A stretch of 64,000 nucleotides of DNA, taken from contig CAVWVQ010000005.1 in assembly GCA_963758525.1 (NCBI GenBank), positions 298,471-362,470 of the forward strand. Direction: 5' to 3'. The notes below the pieces were generated by a model. It made no database searches and was not told where the DNA came from. It saw only the letters and a program-made list of their open reading frames with translations. A program made the translations under genes and the position numbers. The stretch comes from an uncultured Phycisphaerales bacterium (GTDB taxonomy: Bacteria; Planctomycetota; Phycisphaerae; Tepidisphaerales; Tepidisphaeraceae). Each line of letters starts with the position of its first letter. Position 1 is the stretch's first letter. This document shows positions 1 to 12,400 of the stretch, one piece after another.

Positions 1-592
1 CGCGTTGAATCCAACTCATCCGGCTGTCTGCTTCTCCGCTGCCCGGGTTGCAGCATCTGAAGGGAAATGGGACGAATCGATTCAGGAATTTCAATGCGCC
101 TTGAGTCTGGATCGAGAGCTCTTCCCGCAGATCCTGCCGATCTACATTCAGGCGAAGCGTCCCGATCTTGCCATCAAACTGGCTAAGAATGATCCTCAAC
201 ATCTTCTCGATGCTGCCTATGCGCTGGATGCGACCGGGAAGCGAAGCGAGGACGCCGCGGTTGGAAAAGCGTTCGAGGAAACCATGGTTGAGCTCCGTGC
301 CGACAGTCTGCAAGAAGACGCGCCGGTCTGGCTCCTGCGCGGGATGGTCGATCTCGCCGTGAAGCAGAACGATTTCAGCGGCGCGATCACCTTCATGAAA
401 CGTGCGATTGTCAAGGACTATGGCAAGCCTGACTGGCATCTTCTGCTTGCACAACTTCTGGCGCAGCAGGGACGCACGATGGACGCGGTTCACGAAGCCC
501 GGATCACGCTTCGGCTCAACCCTGCGGCGGAGGATGCGCGTCAGTTGCTGGGAAACCTCAGCACCCGTCGCGATTTCGTCTCTGAAAACTGA
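1..592 (+). CDS. Tetratricopeptide-repeat protein, 5'-truncated by the window edge
   Basis: Helical TPR-like segments (WDESIQEFQCALSLD; AVHEARITLRLNPAAEDARQLL); lies directly upstream of a polysaccharide cluster. Confidence 0.6.
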   Translation, partial: ALNPTHPAVCFSAARVAASEGKWDESIQEFQCALSLDRELFPQILPIYIQAKRPDLAIKLAKNDPQHLLDAAYALDATGKRSEDAAVGKAFEETMVELRADSLQEDAPVWLLRGMVDLAVKQNDFSGAITFMKRAIVKDYGKPDWHLLLAQLLAQQGRTMDAVHEARITLRLNPAAEDARQLLGNLSTRRDFVSEN

Positions 593-749
593 TCTTCGTT
601 GATGGGCAAGGCAGTCCCGTGCGGCAAAATCAGATCCGGCCGCGCGACGGCCCAGTCTGACGGCGCCGCTGGGAATTCGGTTCTGCGTCGGCGTGCCGGC
701 GTATGTATCTATCAGGGGTTAACTTCCTTTAAGTCTGGGGAGCAGATAC

Positions 750-2368
750 ATGAGTGCAATACAAGGTCGTACCGTTTTGCATCAGGAGATCGATCTCACC
801 GATTTGCCTGGTGAGATCGGTTTGGGAACAAGCCTCGCTGAGGTGCTTCCGGCCTCGATGGTTTTGGCGCAGCAGCGCGCCATCGAACAGAACGGGGTCA
901 CAGGGACGGAAGATCTCTTGGCGAGTTCGCCACGGTGCTTCCCCGCTCAAAGGCGTCGCGACGCCATCTTCTTCGGTCCAAACAGATCATCTGCACCGTC
1001 TTCCCCCTCCTGGCAGCTGACGTGCTCGCGGCCTATCTGTCCGGAATCGTCTCGCTTCTGATCCTCAAAGCGATTGCCGTCGCGCCGCTGGCAAGGCTTG
1101 GCTGGGCATCGCCGGTGATTTTGCTGCCGGTCTTGATAGCCTACTGGGCAGGGGGGCTGTATCCCGGAATCGGACTGCATCCGGTCGTAGAGTTTAGAAA
1201 GATCGTCAAGCTCAATACATTTGTCTTTCTTGGAGTGCTGCTGGCGTCGATGATCGAGCTGGCGCCAGCGCGAAGCTCGGCATTTTTCGCGATCAGTTGG
1301 GCGTTCTCAGTGGCAGCGATGCCCCTCGCACGCGGGGCAGCCCGCAACTGGAGCGCCCGTCGTTTATGGTGGGGCTATCCTGCGCTGATCATCGGGTGCA
1401 GCAAGGGCGCCGAAAAGGTTCTGGCCACTCTTCAGGAGACTCCGCGAACCGGGCTTCGTCCTGTAGGCCTGATCGACTTGTCGGAGCGCCGCGATGATGA
1501 TTCGTCGATTACGATCTGTACTCGACGCGCAGCGATGGCCGATGCGCTGATCGAAAAGTTCGCGATTCCCTATGGCATCGTCGCGATGCCCGACTTGTCA
1601 CGCCATGAGATTGTCGAGCTGATCAATCACTGTTCAAGCCAGGTCCCGCATCTGCTGCTGCTGTCCAACTGCGACGATGTTCCAAGCCTGTGGAACGCGC
1701 CGAGACTTTGTGGAAGCATGCCTGGCACCGAAGTGCGCAACGGGCTGATGCTGGCAAGTCTGCGGGGGATCAAGCGGGCCATGGACTTCGGTTTCGCGGC
1801 GTCGGCGACACTGATCGCAAGTCCGCTGATCGCTGCAATTCTGGTACTCGTGAAACTGTCCAGTCCCGGGCCGGTGTTCTACGGACACCGGAGAATTGGG
1901 CTGCAGGGCGGATCCTTCAAAGCCTGGAAGTTTCGCACGATGCACGTCGATGGCGATGAAATTCTGAGAAGGCATCTCTCATCGAACCCCGAAGCGCGCG
2001 AGGAATGGGAGCGCGATCACAAGTTGCGCAACGATCCACGCGTGACATCCGTCGGGCGGCTCTTGCGCAAATTGAGTCTGGATGAATTGCCGCAGCTTTG
2101 GAATGTGCTGAAGGGCGAAATGAGCATGGTTGGACCGCGGCCGATCGTCGACGAGGAGGTCGAAAAATATGGCCGGGTCTATTCCCTCTATACGGGAGTC
2201 GTCCCGGGAATCACCGGGCTTTGGCAGATCTCGGGGCGCAACGATACGACCTACGGGCAGCGTGTTCGATTGGACAGTTATTACGTGCGCAACTGGTCGC
2301 CATGGCTCGACGTCTATATCCTCGCGCGGACGCCGCTGGCCGTACTTTGCGGCAAGGGAGCCTGCTGA
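750..2368 (+). CDS. wbaP: Undecaprenyl-phosphate sugar phosphotransferase (WbaP/WcaJ family); probable start at 750 with an apparent indel near 915, main frame 935-2368
   Basis: N-terminal TM helices, then a Bac_transf domain ([49 protein letters not shown]); GGGGAG precedes the ATG at 750. Confidence 0.85.
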
Positions 2369-2412
2369 ACTTGTGTCGTTTTGATTAGTCGTAACCGTAG
2401 TCGCAGCACCCT

Positions 2413-3735
2413 ATGAATTCATTGTCGCACCGCAGACTTGCAAAGGACACGACTTGGACCACGGTTGCGCTGGGCAGCCGGCTTGGGTTTCAAGCGCTCT
2501 ATTACGTGCTATTGGCGCGGACTCTGGGCGCTCACGGATTAGGGGTGTTCGCAAGTGCCCTCGCCCTGGTCAACATCCTCTCTCCGTTCAGCGGCGTTGG
2601 AGCCGGAAGTCTGATCGTCAAATACGTCGCTCGTGACCGCAATGCGCTGGGCTTTTACTTTTCCCACGCGGTGAAAGCCATGATAGTCAGCGGTGCGCTG
2701 CTGGCGGCGGCATGCGTGGCGCTTCGCGGCCCAAGCCTTGGTCCGAGTGTTGGCTGGAGGGTCGTCATCCTGGTTGCCGTTTCCGAATTGATTGTGGTTC
2801 GCTATGTGGAAACGATCGTCCAGACGCTTCAAGCGATCGACCGACTCGATCTGATGGCTCACGTCCAGTTCGTGACCGGAGCCGTCCGGCTCGTTGCGGT
2901 CTTGGTCTGCCTGGGCATTGACCGCCATCCATCGGTTGTCACTTTCTCCGGCTGCTATCTGGCTGCCGGCATCGTTTCGGCGATCCTCGCTCACGCAATG
3001 CTGGCTCGCGAGGCAGGCTCGCTGTCGGTGACAACGCTTCCCGGATCGTCGCTTGCTAGCCGCCTGCGCGACGGCTTGCCGTTCTCCATCGGTGTCGCTT
3101 CCAAGTCGGTTTACGCTGACATCGATAAGACGATGCTCACCCGGATGGTGTCCGCCGACGTGACCGGAATCTACACTGCCGCCTATCGTCTTGTGACTAC
3201 CGTGTCGATTCCGATTCTGGCTGCTGTCATGTCGGTCAACACGCGGCTTTTCAAGCGGGGGAAGGACGGGCTCGGTTCTGCCGTCGGGCTTGCAAGACAA
3301 ATCATGCCGTATCTGCTCGCCTACGCCGTGCTCACCGGCGGTTTGATTTACCTTTGCGCTCCGATGCTCACGCTGGTCCTTGGGGAGTCGTTCGCGCCCT
3401 CGGTAGCGGTCGTCCGCTGGCTGGCGTTCGTACCGGTCATCCAGGCGGTGCATTATCTTCTCGGTGATACGCTGATGGGGGCGGATTTTCAGGGGTGGCG
3501 CAGCGCGTGCCAATGCATCGTGGCCGCCGTGAACATTGTGCTGAATCTTTGGCTGATTCCGCTGATGTCTTGGAAGGGGGCGGTGATTGCGACGTTCCTG
3601 TCCGAAGGACTGCTGGCGGTGCTGATGGTGTTCATGATTTTCCGATACATCCGCATTGAGTCCGCCGCGCAGGCTGAAACCTCGGTTGACTGCGGCTCCG
3701 ACTCCTTGATGCCTGCGATCGCGGAGGTCGCGTGA
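2413..3735 (+). CDS. wzx: Wzx-type oligosaccharide flippase
   Basis: Polytopic membrane protein with flippase-like segments (LLARTLGAHGLG, DIDKTML, GIYTAAYRL, NLWLIPLMSWKGAVIAT); cluster context. Confidence 0.8.
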   Translation: MNSLSHRRLAKDTTWTTVALGSRLGFQALYYVLLARTLGAHGLGVFASALALVNILSPFSGVGAGSLIVKYVARDRNALGFYFSHAVKAMIVSGALLAAACVALRGPSLGPSVGWRVVILVAVSELIVVRYVETIVQTLQAIDRLDLMAHVQFVTGAVRLVAVLVCLGIDRHPSVVTFSGCYLAAGIVSAILAHAMLAREAGSLSVTTLPGSSLASRLRDGLPFSIGVASKSVYADIDKTMLTRMVSADVTGIYTAAYRLVTTVSIPILAAVMSVNTRLFKRGKDGLGSAVGLARQIMPYLLAYAVLTGGLIYLCAPMLTLVLGESFAPSVAVVRWLAFVPVIQAVHYLLGDTLMGADFQGWRSACQCIVAAVNIVLNLWLIPLMSWKGAVIATFLSEGLLAVLMVFMIFRYIRIESAAQAETSVDCGSDSLMPAIAEVA

Positions 3736-4958
3736 AGCTGCTGATGGTCAGCGCACGCTACGCGCCTCATCTGCACGGCGGGGGCGAAATCAGCACGATG
3801 CACTTTGCCGAGATGCTCATCAATGCGGGCGTCGAGGTCACGGTGGTCACAACGCATCCGCAGGGCGAGGTCGAGAAGGATGAGATCCGGGGCGTCCGCG
3901 TCATCCGGCTGCCCAATCGAAATCTCTACTGGCAGGTCCCCGGAGTTTCGCAACCGAAGTGGAAGAAGGCTGGCTGGCACGTCCTGGACCTGTACAATAT
4001 CCCCATGTATCGGGCATTGCGGAAGGTCATCCGCCAGACGCAGCCCGACCTGATTCAGACTCATGCCTTGGAGGGGTTTTCCTGTTCGGCGTGGTCGGCG
4101 GCACGTGATGAAGGCGTCGCCGTTTGTCACTATATTCATAGCTACTACCTGCTTTGTCCGCGCGCAACGATGCATCGAGGCGGAAACAACTGCTCATCTC
4201 AATGCGGCTCCTGCGCCGTCATCACGCAGCCCCGGCGTCGGGCATCAAAGCTCGTGGACGGAGTCATCGGAAACAGCAGATACGTCCTGGACCTGCATCT
4301 GCGGGCCGACTACTTTCCAAACGCGAAACATCGAACGGTGATCAGCGGGTCGTATGACACAAAGATCTCCGAGAGTGACATCACCGATCGTTCGTCCGGT
4401 CCGCTTCGGCTTGGCTATCTGGGAAGGCTCGATCCCACAAAGGGTCTCGATTGGCTCGTGGAGCAGATTCGCCGCGTGAAGCCCGGCATGGTCGAACTGC
4501 TCGTCGCCGGAAAGGGCAGCGAAGACTACGAAGCGGCGCTTCGCAGCAAATCGGCGGGGCTTCCAATCCGGTTTCTCGGTCACGTGGCGCCCGGCGCTTT
4601 TTTTCCGCTCATCGAACTGCTCGTCGCCCCGTCGATCTGGAACGAGCCTCACGGCCGCATCATTTACGAGGCATACGCCCATGGCATCCCCGTCGCGGCG
4701 CCCGCCCGCGGCGGAATGCCCGAACTGATCGAAGATGGATGCAATGGATTTATCCTTCGCCCTGACTCGGATGACCTTTTATCGGTTATTCAGAAACTGG
4801 CCGGCGATGCCAACTGCCTGAAGGGGATGCGTCATCGCGCCCTCCTGAGTGCCGGTCGATTCTCATCGACGCGGATTTGCGACGAGATGATGCGATTCCT
4901 CGCCGAGATGACGCCGGCTGCAATAGTGTCATCGCCCGTTCAATTGGCTGAAGCTTAA
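3732..4958 (+). CDS. Glycosyltransferase family 4
   Basis: GT-B motifs GGGE, GYLGRLDPTKG, PSIWNEPHGRIIYEAYAHGIPV; start overlaps the flippase stop (GTGA). Confidence 0.88.
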   Translation: MKLLMVSARYAPHLHGGGEISTMHFAEMLINAGVEVTVVTTHPQGEVEKDEIRGVRVIRLPNRNLYWQVPGVSQPKWKKAGWHVLDLYNIPMYRALRKVIRQTQPDLIQTHALEGFSCSAWSAARDEGVAVCHYIHSYYLLCPRATMHRGGNNCSSQCGSCAVITQPRRRASKLVDGVIGNSRYVLDLHLRADYFPNAKHRTVISGSYDTKISESDITDRSSGPLRLGYLGRLDPTKGLDWLVEQIRRVKPGMVELLVAGKGSEDYEAALRSKSAGLPIRFLGHVAPGAFFPLIELLVAPSIWNEPHGRIIYEAYAHGIPVAAPARGGMPELIEDGCNGFILRPDSDDLLSVIQKLAGDANCLKGMRHRALLSAGRFSSTRICDEMMRFLAEMTPAAIVSSPVQLAEA

Positions 4959-4972
4959 TAAGTTGTGATCAG

Positions 4973-6361
4973 ATGAACTCCATCGACGCCAAAATGAATG
5001 ACTCTTTTCAAGCTCCCCGGGCACGTTGGCAATCTGAGCCGGCTCCTCAGGGCGTTGCAAGAATTTCAATTGCCCGGCGAGATCCTCCTGAGAAGGTCCT
5101 GTGGCATTGGAACGGCCGATTCGTTTTCACACCTCATGGGATCGTGCTGACCACCGTGGCGATCTCCGCGTTCTTCTGGCTGGTTCCCCTGGAAGGATTT
5201 GCCGTCACGGCAGTTCATCCGGAGCTGAGCGGCCTGTGTCTCCTGGCTGGGTGGTACCTGACAATCGTTCTCGCCGCCCGAGTCGGTTACGAACTGGGCG
5301 GCAACCTCCCGCTGGCCTCGGGTCTGATGAACAACGAACGCATGGACATCGCTTATCTCGTCATCAGCGCCCTGGCCACCGTGGGCGTGATGGCTACCCT
5401 TCAGGCGGTGTCATCAGTTGGCGTCTCCTCTGTCATCGATGCCTTCACCAACTCGTACGCGAATTCACTCAAGTCATCGCTGTACGAGGATTATTCGGCG
5501 GGAATTTATACCCTTCGCTACGCATCGATACTCGCGTCAGCGATCGCGATCTATCGCCTGATATTCGGGCGTGTCGATACAATTCTCGGGCAGACGCGTT
5601 ACCCGGCCGCTCTGCTGCTCCTGGACATCTGGAACGTTTTGATGCTGCTCTTGAGCGCTGCAATCGCCAGCCGATTGTCGGTGATTTGCTGTATCGCCAT
5701 CGTCGGGTATCTCGCGAGTCTCAGGGGAACCCTCGGGCTGCTGAGAAATCGATATACGCTGCTGATCGCTGTTGTGATTATTGTGGCCATGGTTTTCTTC
5801 AACTACTCGCGCAATTCCCGTTATTACGGGAAGGTTTACGGAGTGGACAATCCGATTACCATGCAGTTGGGCGAAATGAAGCGATACGCGGGCGAGCCGT
5901 TTCGCGCGAGTATTGCCTGCTGCAGCGTGCTGGCGGGGAGTCAGGCCGATCGGATCGATGCGGATCTCACGCCGAAGGAAATTATTCTTCCGGGTTTTTT
6001 GATCGAGAAGGGCCGGGTGCCGCGCGAGTTGGAAATACGCTGGTACCATCGCTATGTGGATGTTGACGATTCTCTGACCACTAACTCAGCGTTTCTCGAT
6101 ATCATGCCTGTTCTTGGGGCCTGGGCGATTCCCTTCATCGGGTTCGTATCGCTGATGATGGGCATTGCGGCGGCGTGGCTTCCGCGGCATGGTTTCCTGC
6201 CCACCCTCTCCGCCGGTGCAATCACATACGGCTTTGCCGAACTGTGGCGCATCTATTTGTTCAACCAGGGCATCCTGATTTTTCTCATTGGTTTGCCCCT
6301 TCTTGTCGTGTTCGCCTCGCGATTCTGGATCTCAGAACGCGGCGCTGGGCGCAGTGGGTAA
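4973..6361 (+). CDS. Putative Wzy-type polysaccharide polymerase
   Basis: About 10 TM segments with a large periplasmic loop; located among GTs and a flippase. Confidence 0.6.
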   Translation: MNSIDAKMNDSFQAPRARWQSEPAPQGVARISIARRDPPEKVLWHWNGRFVFTPHGIVLTTVAISAFFWLVPLEGFAVTAVHPELSGLCLLAGWYLTIVLAARVGYELGGNLPLASGLMNNERMDIAYLVISALATVGVMATLQAVSSVGVSSVIDAFTNSYANSLKSSLYEDYSAGIYTLRYASILASAIAIYRLIFGRVDTILGQTRYPAALLLLDIWNVLMLLLSAAIASRLSVICCIAIVGYLASLRGTLGLLRNRYTLLIAVVIIVAMVFFNYSRNSRYYGKVYGVDNPITMQLGEMKRYAGEPFRASIACCSVLAGSQADRIDADLTPKEIILPGFLIEKGRVPRELEIRWYHRYVDVDDSLTTNSAFLDIMPVLGAWAIPFIGFVSLMMGIAAAWLPRHGFLPTLSAGAITYGFAELWRIYLFNQGILIFLIGLPLLVVFASRFWISERGAGRSG

Positions 6362-6364
6362 TCC

Positions 6365-7381
6365 ATGCAGATCATCGTGGATGCAAGATGGGTCGGGATC
6401 TACGGAATCCAACGGTACGCCGCCGAGGTCCTTCGCAGGGCTCCATCAAATGCGCAGTCCGTCAACTTGGTTGGCGGCCCGTCCCCGAGCAGCCCGCTCA
6501 GCCCCTTCTGGCTGTCGCGGAAGTTGGCCTGCTGCGGGCAAGGCGTCTTCTTTTCGCCGGGATATATGCCTCCCGCTTTCTCGGCTCGCTCCTATGTAGT
6601 CACTCTGCACGACCTGATTCCCTTGCGGAGTGCGACCAAGCTGCTCGCCGCCAAGCGCGCGTTCTTTCAGTTTGTGGTCAGACCGGCTGCAAGACGAGCG
6701 GCCCGGATCCTCACGGTTTCGGAATTCTCCCGAAGGGAAATCATCGACTGGCTCGATGTGCCACCGGAACGCGTGGTGGTAGTCGGCAACGGCGTCGATC
6801 CGAAATACTGCCCGGGAGAAGACCAATCCAAATACACGTTTCCATACGTTCTATATGTTGGCGGCAACAAGCCTCATAAGAACCTCAGGCGTTTGATGGC
6901 AGCATTCGCCTCGCCAGCGATCCCGTCGGAGTTCAAGCTGGTATTAAGTGGTGATTCCAACAGTGAGCTTGCCTCGATCATCTGCGAATTGGGCATCGGT
7001 GAACGCATTGTCTTCGCCGGTCGCCTTTCCGAGGATGAATTGGTAAGGCTCTATCGCGGGGCAGCGGCCCTGGCGCTGGTGTCCTTATACGAAGGTTTTG
7101 GGCTGCCGATTCTCGAGGCGATGGCCTGCGGGACTCCGGTGGTCACATCGAACTCCAGTTCGCTTCCGGAAGTCGCGGGCGAGGCAGCCGTATACGTCGA
7201 TCCAATCTCGATCGACTCGATTGCCGGCGGAATCTCGGTCGTATTGCGCGATGAATCGCTGCGCAGCCGGCTGCGGCAGGCAGGGCTCGAACGAGCGGGG
7301 CGGTTTAGTTGGGACCGAACTGCCGGTCGCGTGTGGGATGTCGTCGAGCAGGTGACGAACGAGAAAGCGGGCGTTGCGTGA
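6365..7381 (+). CDS. Glycosyltransferase family 4 (MtfB/WbpY-like mannosyltransferase)
   Basis: IVDARW, GIQRY, TLHDLIP, TVSEFS, GGNKPHKN, SLYEGFGLPILEAMACGTPVVTSN. Confidence 0.88.
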   Translation: MQIIVDARWVGIYGIQRYAAEVLRRAPSNAQSVNLVGGPSPSSPLSPFWLSRKLACCGQGVFFSPGYMPPAFSARSYVVTLHDLIPLRSATKLLAAKRAFFQFVVRPAARRAARILTVSEFSRREIIDWLDVPPERVVVVGNGVDPKYCPGEDQSKYTFPYVLYVGGNKPHKNLRRLMAAFASPAIPSEFKLVLSGDSNSELASIICELGIGERIVFAGRLSEDELVRLYRGAAALALVSLYEGFGLPILEAMACGTPVVTSNSSSLPEVAGEAAVYVDPISIDSIAGGISVVLRDESLRSRLRQAGLERAGRFSWDRTAGRVWDVVEQVTNEKAGVA

Positions 7382-8546
7382 AGACTGCGATTGTTCACGA
7401 ATGGTTTTCCACCTACGCCGGCTCCGAGCGCGTCGTGGAGCAAATGCTCCAGCTCTATCCGGATGCAGACCTTTACGCATTGGTGGATTTTCTGCCTGAG
7501 AAAGAGCGCGGATTTCTGGAGGGACGGTCCGTCAGCACATCCTTTATTCAGAGATTGCCATTTGCTCGCAGGCGTTTTCGCGGATACCTGCCGCTGATGC
7601 CGCTGGCGATCGAGCAGTTTGATTTGGCAGGGTATGACCTGATTCTGTCCTCCAATCATGCCGTGGCAAAGGGCGTGATTCGCGGACCCGACCAGGTGCA
7701 TATCAGTTATGTGCACACGCCGATGCGGTACGCGTGGGATCTGCAGCACCAATATCTTCGCGAGTCGAACCTGGAGCACGGACTTCGCAGTTGGATCACA
7801 AGAGCCATTCTTCATTATGTTCGCAACTGGGATAGTTCGGCGGCCGGTCGCGTCGATCGCCTGGTCGCGAACAGCCGCTATGTCGTGCGCCGCATCTGGG
7901 CGCATATCGCCGCGAGGCGACGGTGATTCATCCGCCGGTCGACGTGGACGCATTTTCGCTCTGCGAGGAGAAAGAAGACTTTTACGTAGCGGCTTCCCGC
8001 CTCGTTCCGTACAAGCGGATGCCGATGATTGCCGAGGCATTCGCAAAGATGCCGACTCGCAGGCTGGTCATCATTGGTGACGGTCCCGAAATGAACCGCG
8101 TGAGGGCCGCCGCTGCCCCAAACATTCAAGTGCTCGGCTATCAGCCATTCACGGTGCTCCGCGATTACCTGCAGCGTGCCAAAGCGCTGGTGTTCGCGGC
8201 GGAAGAGGATTTTGGAATCCTTCCCGTCGAGGCGATGGCCTGTGGAACTCCCGTCATCGCGTACGCCCGCGGCGGAATTCTGGATATCGTCGTTCCCGGC
8301 CAGACCGGGGTATTCTTTGAAGAGCAATCGGTCGAGGGGATTATCGATGCAGTTGAATCGGCCGACCCCGAATTGCGGCAATTCGACCCCGCGGCAATTC
8401 GTTCTCATGCCGAGCTTTACGGTCCCGAACGTTTTCGCTCGGAGTTTTCCGCTGTGGTCGCCGCTGAAACCGCCAAATGGCGTAACCGCCGGCTCACCGA
8501 ACGATTATTGCCTCCAGAACCCGCCAACCAGTATGCCGCATCCTGA
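7378..8546 (+). CDS. Glycosyltransferase family 4 (WbaZ-like), split by an apparent 1-nt deletion near 7899
   Basis: KTAIVHEW..GSERV, SYVHTPMRYAWD in the first frame; IHPPVD, SRLVPYKR, EEDFGILPVEAMACGTPV in the second; one added base gives RIWRAYRREATVIHPPVD. Confidence 0.85.
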
Positions 8547-8556
8547 GAGGAATGTT

Positions 8557-9282
8557 ATGTGCCGTCCAAATGACAAAGCCGTTAAAATAAATCGTTGTTC
8601 TCACATCCACGCGGCGCTCAATGACTCCATCAACGAACTGCTGGAGCAGCACGGGCCCAAGGGCGGATCGCTCCTGGATATCGGGTGCTGGGACGGAGCG
8701 ACGACGATGTCGTACGCGGCTTCGCTGAAAACCGCCCAGTTAAGTGGAGTGGAGTGCATGCCCGTGCCGGCCGAGTCCGCCAAGGCGAAGGGGATCACCA
8801 TCATCGACGCCAATCTCGAGACTGACATTCTCGCATGCGCCGATGAATCCATAGACATCGCCGTGTGCAATCAGGTATTCGAGCACCTCAAAGACATCTT
8901 CCATCCCATGGACGAGATTGCCCGGGTCTTGAAGACAGGCGGGCTGCTGGTCATCTCTGTCCCCAATCTCGCAAGTTTTCACAATCGCTGCATGCTGGCG
9001 CTAGGGTTGCAGCCGTCCTCGATTCGGATTTGGGGCCCGCACGTGCGAGGGTACAGCCTCAACGAATTTACGAAGTTCTGCACCACTGGAGGGTGCTTTG
9101 AAGTAGTCGACATCAGGGGGGTCGGCTTTTATCCGTTCTCGCCCAAGGGTGGCGGAAATCTTCTCGGGAACGTCTGGAAGACTGCGTGCCATACACCCAT
9201 CTGGGTATTGCGCAGGACTGCTGAACGCGGGACTTCGTTTCGCAATATGTACCAGTCGATGGGTCAGCAGACTTTGATGTAA
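8557..9282 (+). CDS. Class I SAM-dependent methyltransferase
   Basis: LLDIGCWDG motif I; QVFEHL; RVLKTGGLLVISVPN; GAGAGG upstream of the ATG at 8557. Confidence 0.8.
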   Translation: MCRPNDKAVKINRCSHIHAALNDSINELLEQHGPKGGSLLDIGCWDGATTMSYAASLKTAQLSGVECMPVPAESAKAKGITIIDANLETDILACADESIDIAVCNQVFEHLKDIFHPMDEIARVLKTGGLLVISVPNLASFHNRCMLALGLQPSSIRIWGPHVRGYSLNEFTKFCTTGGCFEVVDIRGVGFYPFSPKGGGNLLGNVWKTACHTPIWVLRRTAERGTSFRNMYQSMGQQTLM

Positions 9283-9449
9283 ATACCAAACTATTCGCGG
9301 CTCCGCCCTGGAGAAGGCCGGCCGCTCGAATGTTTCACGCGGAAAATGCCTGCATCGGCGATGGTCGCCGATGCTGAACGGTGGAATTCGCCCCCGATTA
9401 AAATGCTCGGGGACGCAGTTGCAACTTTTGAAGATACGGCAGGGAGATT

Positions 9450-12400
9450 ATGCATCTTAGTAAAATTGATAACGGTCGGGCTCGAGCGCGAAAAACGAAG
9501 CTGTGGGATCGCATCGGCGATGCCTCTGCCGCAGTGGTCGAGGGACTGGAAAAGCGGGTACTGATGTCGGTCAACGTATTGACCTACCGCAATGACCCAA
9601 ACAGTGACGGGGCTAACAGCAACGAAGTCCAGCTCAGCTCCGCCAACGTTAAGGTGGGTTCGTTCGGGAAACTCTCGACGACATCCGTGGACGGAAACGT
9701 CTATGCCCAGCCGCTGATCGACACTGGCGTTACGATCGCTACGGGTGTGAATACCACCGCGGGATCCGCGGGGGTGCATGACGTGGCCTATGTGGCGACG
9801 GAGAACGATTCGCTCTATGCAATCGATGCGTCCGTCGGCGGCAAAGGTAAGATACTCTGGCAGCGCAGCTTCCTCGAACAAACCCCCAATGGCAACGTTA
9901 ATCCGGGCAGCGGCTCGGGTGTGCTCGGCGATCAGGACGAATCACTTGCCAACACGACCGTCGTTGACACGCTGACAACCACCGACGTCGGTGTTGCGGA
10001 CATCAGCCCGACCATCGGAATCACCGGAACACCGGTGATCGATCCAGCGAACAACGCAATCTACCTGGTCGTCAAGACCAAGGAATCGACTGTGGTCAAC
10101 GGCGTGACCACCACCTACTTCGTGCAGCGACTCCACGCCATCAACTTGTCCGATGGCACGGATGTCGTTGCGCCGTATGTGATCGGTACGACAATTGATG
10201 TGAAAAGCGGCAACACGGATACATACACGAACAACTCGCCGATCTACGTGTACGGTACTGGCGACGGATCGGTGACCGACCCTTATAACGGCACGGGCAA
10301 GAAGGTGGTGCAGTTCAACGCCTTACGTGAGGCGGAACGCCAGGCCCTAAGCCTCGTGAACGGGCAACTCTATGTGAGCTGGGCCTCGCATGGCGACAAT
10401 GGGCCGTATCATGGCTTCATCGCCCGCTGGAACGTGTCCGATCTGCAAGGCACTGATTCGGCCGGCGGCTTCCAGCTCAACGGAGTTCTCTGCTCTTCGC
10501 CCAACGACGGCGAATCAGGATTCTGGGGCGGAGGCGGCCGGCTGGTCTTCGAGCCCAATCCCAGTGGTTCAAGCCAGCCCACCAGTGACACCTTCTACGC
10601 GTTGACGGGAAACGGAACCGGCGGGGCGCCGGTCCTGAATGCCCAGGGATTCCCCAGCAACGCCAACTACAACGAAGCTCTCATCAAGGTCCAGCCGGAT
10701 GCAACGACGAGCCCTGCCAACCAGAATTCCAATGGCTGGGGGATGAAAATTACCGACTACTTCATTCCCTACAATGTCACCGCGCTCGATGGCGCTGACT
10801 CCGATTTCGGCTCGGGCGCACCGCGCTATTACCCGATTACGCTGCGGGGACGTCTGAGCCGCAACACCTGATGGTCGTCGGCGGAAAAGAAGGGAAGCTC
10901 TACCTGGTCAACCGCGATAACCTCGGTCATTTCAGCGCCAATGGCGATAACGTGGTGAACGCCGTCCCCAATGGCTCGGGACAAAATACGCCAGCGACGG
11001 TCATCGGCGGCCTGCTGAGCACGCCCACATATTACAACGGGTTTCTCTACGCAGTTCCGGGCTACTCGGGCACCGCTACGCAATACGCGATCAGCTCGAC
11101 AGGGATTATCTCCGCAGTCTCGCAAGCTCCCGAGGCGTCGTTCGCATCACTTGGCGGTTCCCCGTCGATATCCTCCAACGGCACCAGCAACGGGATTGTC
11201 TGGATATCTGATCGCAACAACAGCCAATTGATCGCCTACGATGCGAGCTCGCTGTCCAACGAGTTGTGGAATAGCGGAAAGGCCGCTGGCGGCGCCGATA
11301 CCCTGGGGGCGCCGACGAAGTTTTCCAATCCGACCATCGCCAATGGCGAAGTCTATGTCGGCACGGCAAACAGCTTTGTTGTCTACGGGCTCACACCACC
11401 TGCATCGGCGCCGCCGTTGGCGCCCACGCTCAGCGCCGTGACCGTCTCGGGATCCTCGGTTAATCTCAGTTGGACTGATACGACAGCCGCCCCAAATACG
11501 GCGAGCCTCTACTACATCTACGAGTCGACGAATGGAACCGCCGGTCCATTCAATCAGATCACCACGGCTCCCGCCGGAGCCACATCTATTTCAATCGGAG
11601 GTCTGAGCGGGCAGACGAGTTACACGTTTGAAATCCGAGGCTTCAATGGATTTGGCGGCTCCAGCTATTCGCCCTACTCGAACCCCGCCAGCGCACTGAC
11701 GGGCTCGCAAAATTATACCGTCGACTTCACCGGCGGCTTTGCCAATGCTTCCAACGTCCTGCAGTTGAACGGTTCCACTGCCGTTAATTCCACCTCCCTG
11801 GAGCTCACCGACGGCGGCGGCTTCGAGGCAGGAAGCGCCTTCACGAAGAGCGAGGTTGATGTCTCTTCGTTCAACAGCCAGTTCACCTTTAACACCACCG
11901 CCAACGAATCATCGGCCGACGGCTTTACGTTTACCATTCAGAACAGCGCGCAACGGCCCTGGGGATTTCGGGCGCGGGCTTGGGTTACGGCGAGGGCTCT
12001 CCGGGCGCAGGCGGGGGCATTCCAAATAGCGTTGCCGTGAAATTCGATCTGTACGACAACGGGGGGGAGGGAATCAACTCCACCGGGCTGTACCAGGACG
12101 GCGCCGCCCCGATCAGCGCGGGCTCGATTGACCTGACCCCCAGCGGCATCGATCTGCACAGCGGCGACCCGTTCCAGGTCAACATGAGTTACAGCGACAA
12201 CACGCTCACTGTGCTGATCACGGATGAGACCACCCAGAAAACGGCAACGCAAACTTATACCGTCAACATCCCCCAAGTGATCGGCTCCAATGCCGCGTAT
12301 ATCGGGTTCACCGGCGGAACGGGCGGAATCACTTCAACCAACAACATCACCACCTGGCAGTACAACTCCACTACTCCAGTCTCTCCCAACGCGCCTACCG

